57,467 nucleotides of DNA, taken from Kudoa neothunni. Its lineage: Eukaryota; Animalia; Cnidaria. The stretch is taken from positions 15,964,064 to 16,021,530 of the forward strand of contig OZ199838.1 of the NCBI GenBank assembly GCA_964304625.1. The letters are read 5' to 3'. The notes below the pieces were generated by a model, which saw nothing but the letters and a program-made list of their open reading frames with translations, made no database searches and had not been told where the DNA came from. Positions 55,290-57,467 of the stretch are shown here, in pieces. The position numbers and the translations under genes are program-made. How positions within the stretch are numbered: position 1 is the stretch's first letter; each line of letters starts with the position of its first letter.

Positions 55290-57467
55290 GGTCTTTAGAA
55301 TTATAAAGTAAACATTTATTAATGAAAATTAAAGTATATAAAACTATAATCTTTTTCTTCGCACATGCGCTGAATTTTGTTTAACTAAAATTTCAGTATC
55401 CAAAAGGTAACTGTCAGGTCCCAACTTTTTCGAATAAACGAGACTCGATTTATTAATTTTTTATTTTGACACCTGGTATAAAGTGGGTATTATTTCTTAT
55501 ATCTGCAAAAAAAAATTTAATTCCTTTCCAAATAACCAAAGTTAAATATATTTTTTAATCAATTATTTTATAAATTTTTAATAATTGTACAGTGGTAAAC
55601 ATATATTGCCAAACCATCATAGATTTAATCTATATTCAACGAGTTAATTCATTTGTCATGCTGGTATATAGAATTAGAATTATTAGGAGCATAACAAGCC
55701 TTAATAGTTAAGTTTTACTTTAAATCCGAGAAAATAATCATTTCATACTTATATTGAAGGATGTTTTGAACAACAGTATCATTCCATTATACACTGAGAC
55801 ATGATTTTTCTCATACAATCTTCGACGTGTTGTGATTTTATTGTGGCATTTATCAACGTATAATAGTCTAGTTTTTCTGTCTTCATTGGACTTATCGTTG
55901 GATGTAATAATGAAATCGCAGTATTCACTTTGGCGAAAAGTATGTGTCGGAGATATTTCGATAAAATTAGCAGACCAGCTGAAATCGTAGGTAACACGAA
56001 TATCAGCTAAATTATCAAACAATATTAATATAATCAACAATTATATCCTCATACATAAATGGAGAAGTTTATTCTTCGAAGTTTTATTTGTGAATAGTAT
56101 CTCTAGATAAACAGTTCTTGCAAATATCAAACCTATATTTAGTTTGCTAATGCCTTCTTCTGTCGTTAATGCGTCCAAACAATTATTTTCACATTTGTAG
56201 CATATATATGGTGATTTTTGTCGATCGCCGTCATTCTGATATAGTACGATGTGTTGTATGAGTGCTCTATCCAAAGGGGTTCGGATATTGAGAATGGATA
56301 CGGGTGGTGTAGAATTATCAATACTGGCATCTAGTGTGTCATCATCTAATTTTATAATTAGTGATTAATTTAATATTAGGTCAAATCAAATACTGTAAAG
56401 TAAATCAACATAGAAAATATTGCCAGGTATCGCCAATTTCAGATATAACCCAGTAGGGGAAGAAGTAGTTGTAGGAAGTGGAATTATTGAGTCACATTTG
56501 GTTGTTTTATAAAACTTTACTCTTTTATTCCGATTTAAATATTCCGCACGTAGGATTTCCTTATCACTGGCATATAAGTAAGACCAATATTCATCGTTGA
56601 AATTGGTGTTAATTTTTAGTCCCTCTTGATTTCTCACCACATTAAAATTTAATTTTTCGTAAAGATTGCCAATAGTGTGTAGATAATTCAACTGAGGGAT
56701 ATATATGTGTAGTGAATTAGGAATAATCAAGGAGAGATCAATTTTATAGTCGTTACACGATTTATAGCCATCATGCGATAACGATCCATACGAGTCGTAT
56801 GTTCCAGCGTTATTGTAACCATCCAACAACGTGTCAACCCTCACCAATGTGTACACACAACTGATTGGATAATCTTCAGGAATGTTAGACCAAATTCTCA
56901 TCGTATTTTCTTCGATAACATAATGAACATCAAATAATGAAGAGTTCCATTCGGAAGTTATTTCCCAGTGTGAGTTTTCATTTGACAAAAGCAGTTTATA
57001 CGATTTAAGGAATCCTCTTTCGAAAATGATCATATTCTCGGTGAACAATCCAACACATCCACTTTTATTTTTTATTTTGCAAATGAATCTACGTATCAGT
57101 TTGTTGTCGGATAACTCATCCAACACATATTCTATTTGCTTCAAGGATGTGTCACTATTTAAAATAATTTTAAAACGATGGAATTCTTCCATCACTTCAA
57201 AAAACCTCTTTACATTTTCTATAAAATGAATTATTACATATAAAACACAAAATATTTTATACTAATTTTTGTATAACGCAATATTTTAGTTTTGTAATGT
57301 TTGTTTTCCAATTTCAACTTAAGGAATTCTCCATGAGGCGCTCTACATGTAAATTTTATTCTTCCATCATTTAGTGATTCTTTAGGGCATAAAGTTTCTT
57401 CCGTAGTCATAAAATATTGTTTTGGATGAATGAAGTAATTCTCAACCATATATAGGTCATTTTGTTC
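34920..57467 (-). CDS. Gene B: adhesion G-protein-coupled receptor (GAIN/GPS + 7TM) with very large modular ectodomain; 5' end beyond the right edge
   Basis: Phase-consistent splicing of exon 40044-40322 to 36839-36912, 36734-36791, 36633-36681, 36133-36590, 35846-36083, 35534-35793, 35424-35490 and 34920-35367. GPS: W..SYC...YTCTCNHT/TSYAIIF. TM3: CFHVAVFLHYALMS. TM5: IPGATILFFNLIVF. TM6: LFILLGF. TM7: VNTSIGIFSFFVLVIGN. TAG at 34920. Confidence 0.9.
35846..36083 (-). CDS. GPS motif, tethered-agonist-like peptide and TM1 exon of gene B
   Basis: KKLIWETSYCFILREVTLSNSLTNYTCTCNHTTSYAIIFD...LTLTTISLLFLVITMVCI. Confidence 0.9.
39359..39832. mobile_element. hAT (Charlie-like) MITE
   Basis: CAATGATTCTCAACCGG ... 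CCGGTTGAGAACCCCTG; degenerate 8-bp flanks ctctaaag / cgctagaa. Confidence 0.65.
40044..40322 (-). CDS. Single copy of the array-type exon in gene B
   Basis: Nearly identical to 13072-13350; no further GAATGTGCTTCG-type copies seen between 36913 and 40043. Confidence 0.85.
43690..43910 (+). mobile_element. Merlin / IS1595(ISXO2)-family transposase remnant
   Basis: Fragments ISNDE*SAYNSIDNLDYDHVMFNH, HTNTIE**W and EEYLNEDYCR follow the SDxWxAY, VNH, HTNTIExxW and YLxEFxWR motifs. Confidence 0.6.
44170..44947 (+). pseudogene. IS630/Tc1/mariner-superfamily (DDE_3-like) transposase pseudogene
   Basis: HTH ITLQSIIDIIGVQVSVTTVWRWLK; IAMDNVRFHH; YLARYSSFQNPCEE; in-frame stops; first catalytic Asp motif mutated (IFIYDSS). 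Confidence 0.85.
46568..46824. mobile_element. Short piggyBac-like MITE
   Basis: TTAACCCTTAA...GACTCACC / GGTGAGTCGTTAAGAGTTAA. Confidence 0.55.
49676..50010 (+). mobile_element. piggyBac transposase C-terminal remnant
   Basis: KRITRRWSLVVFFNMLDISLINVFSIYK and Cys-rich RCRVCRRNDDIKTVNICDVCSVFCGKKH. Confidence 0.8.
54506..54577. repeat. 9-bp tandem repeat (TTGATTACY) about 8 copies
   Basis: Direct reading. Confidence 0.9.
55244..55288. repeat. (AAT)n microsatellite
   Basis: Direct reading. Confidence 0.95.

Larger units (their letters stand above)
54358..55452. mobile_element. pogo/Tigger-like non-autonomous element
   Basis: TACAGTCGAACCCGTTTATCCGAA and inverted TTCGAATAAACGAGACTCGATTTA. 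Confidence 0.55.

Noticed and set aside
12046-57229. Plus-strand ORFs such as 12046, 14060, 17747, 22664, 23910, 31246 and their duplicates
   Set aside because: They are antisense shadows of minus-strand exons, conserved only because the blocks are duplicated.
12900-57467. Duplication as a simple assembly artefact
   Set aside because: Unrelated intron interiors, a ~52%-identical exon and the different array copy number argue for real paralogs, although read-level confirmation is still needed.

Overview
AT-rich eukaryotic, almost certainly animal, genomic DNA. Introns fall into two classes: about 40-70 nt micro-introns and 2-5.5 kb transposon-filled introns. Two head-to-tail paralogous giant receptor genes on the minus strand dominate the window. 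Gene B (from beyond 57467 down to the stop at 34920) splices cleanly into a GAIN/GPS region and a 7-TM domain, so it is an adhesion GPCR. Its ectodomain is built from ~90-100 aa modules, mostly one per phase-1 exon. Gene A (ATG at 32513, signal-peptide mini-exon, running off the left edge) is nearly identical to B exon for exon. However, the single membrane-proximal 279-nt exon of B is expanded in A into an array of at least 8 diverged, intact, frame-symmetric exons (1133-13350). Exons and micro-introns are roughly 98% identical between the paralogs, while the interiors of the large introns are unrelated, and a few exon patches are hypervariable. This suggests gene conversion plus localized diversification of a variable cell-surface receptor. 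The large introns hold decayed hAT, piggyBac, pogo/Tigger, Merlin and IS630/Tc1-like elements. Exon boundaries were derived by hand, and no database searches were run.
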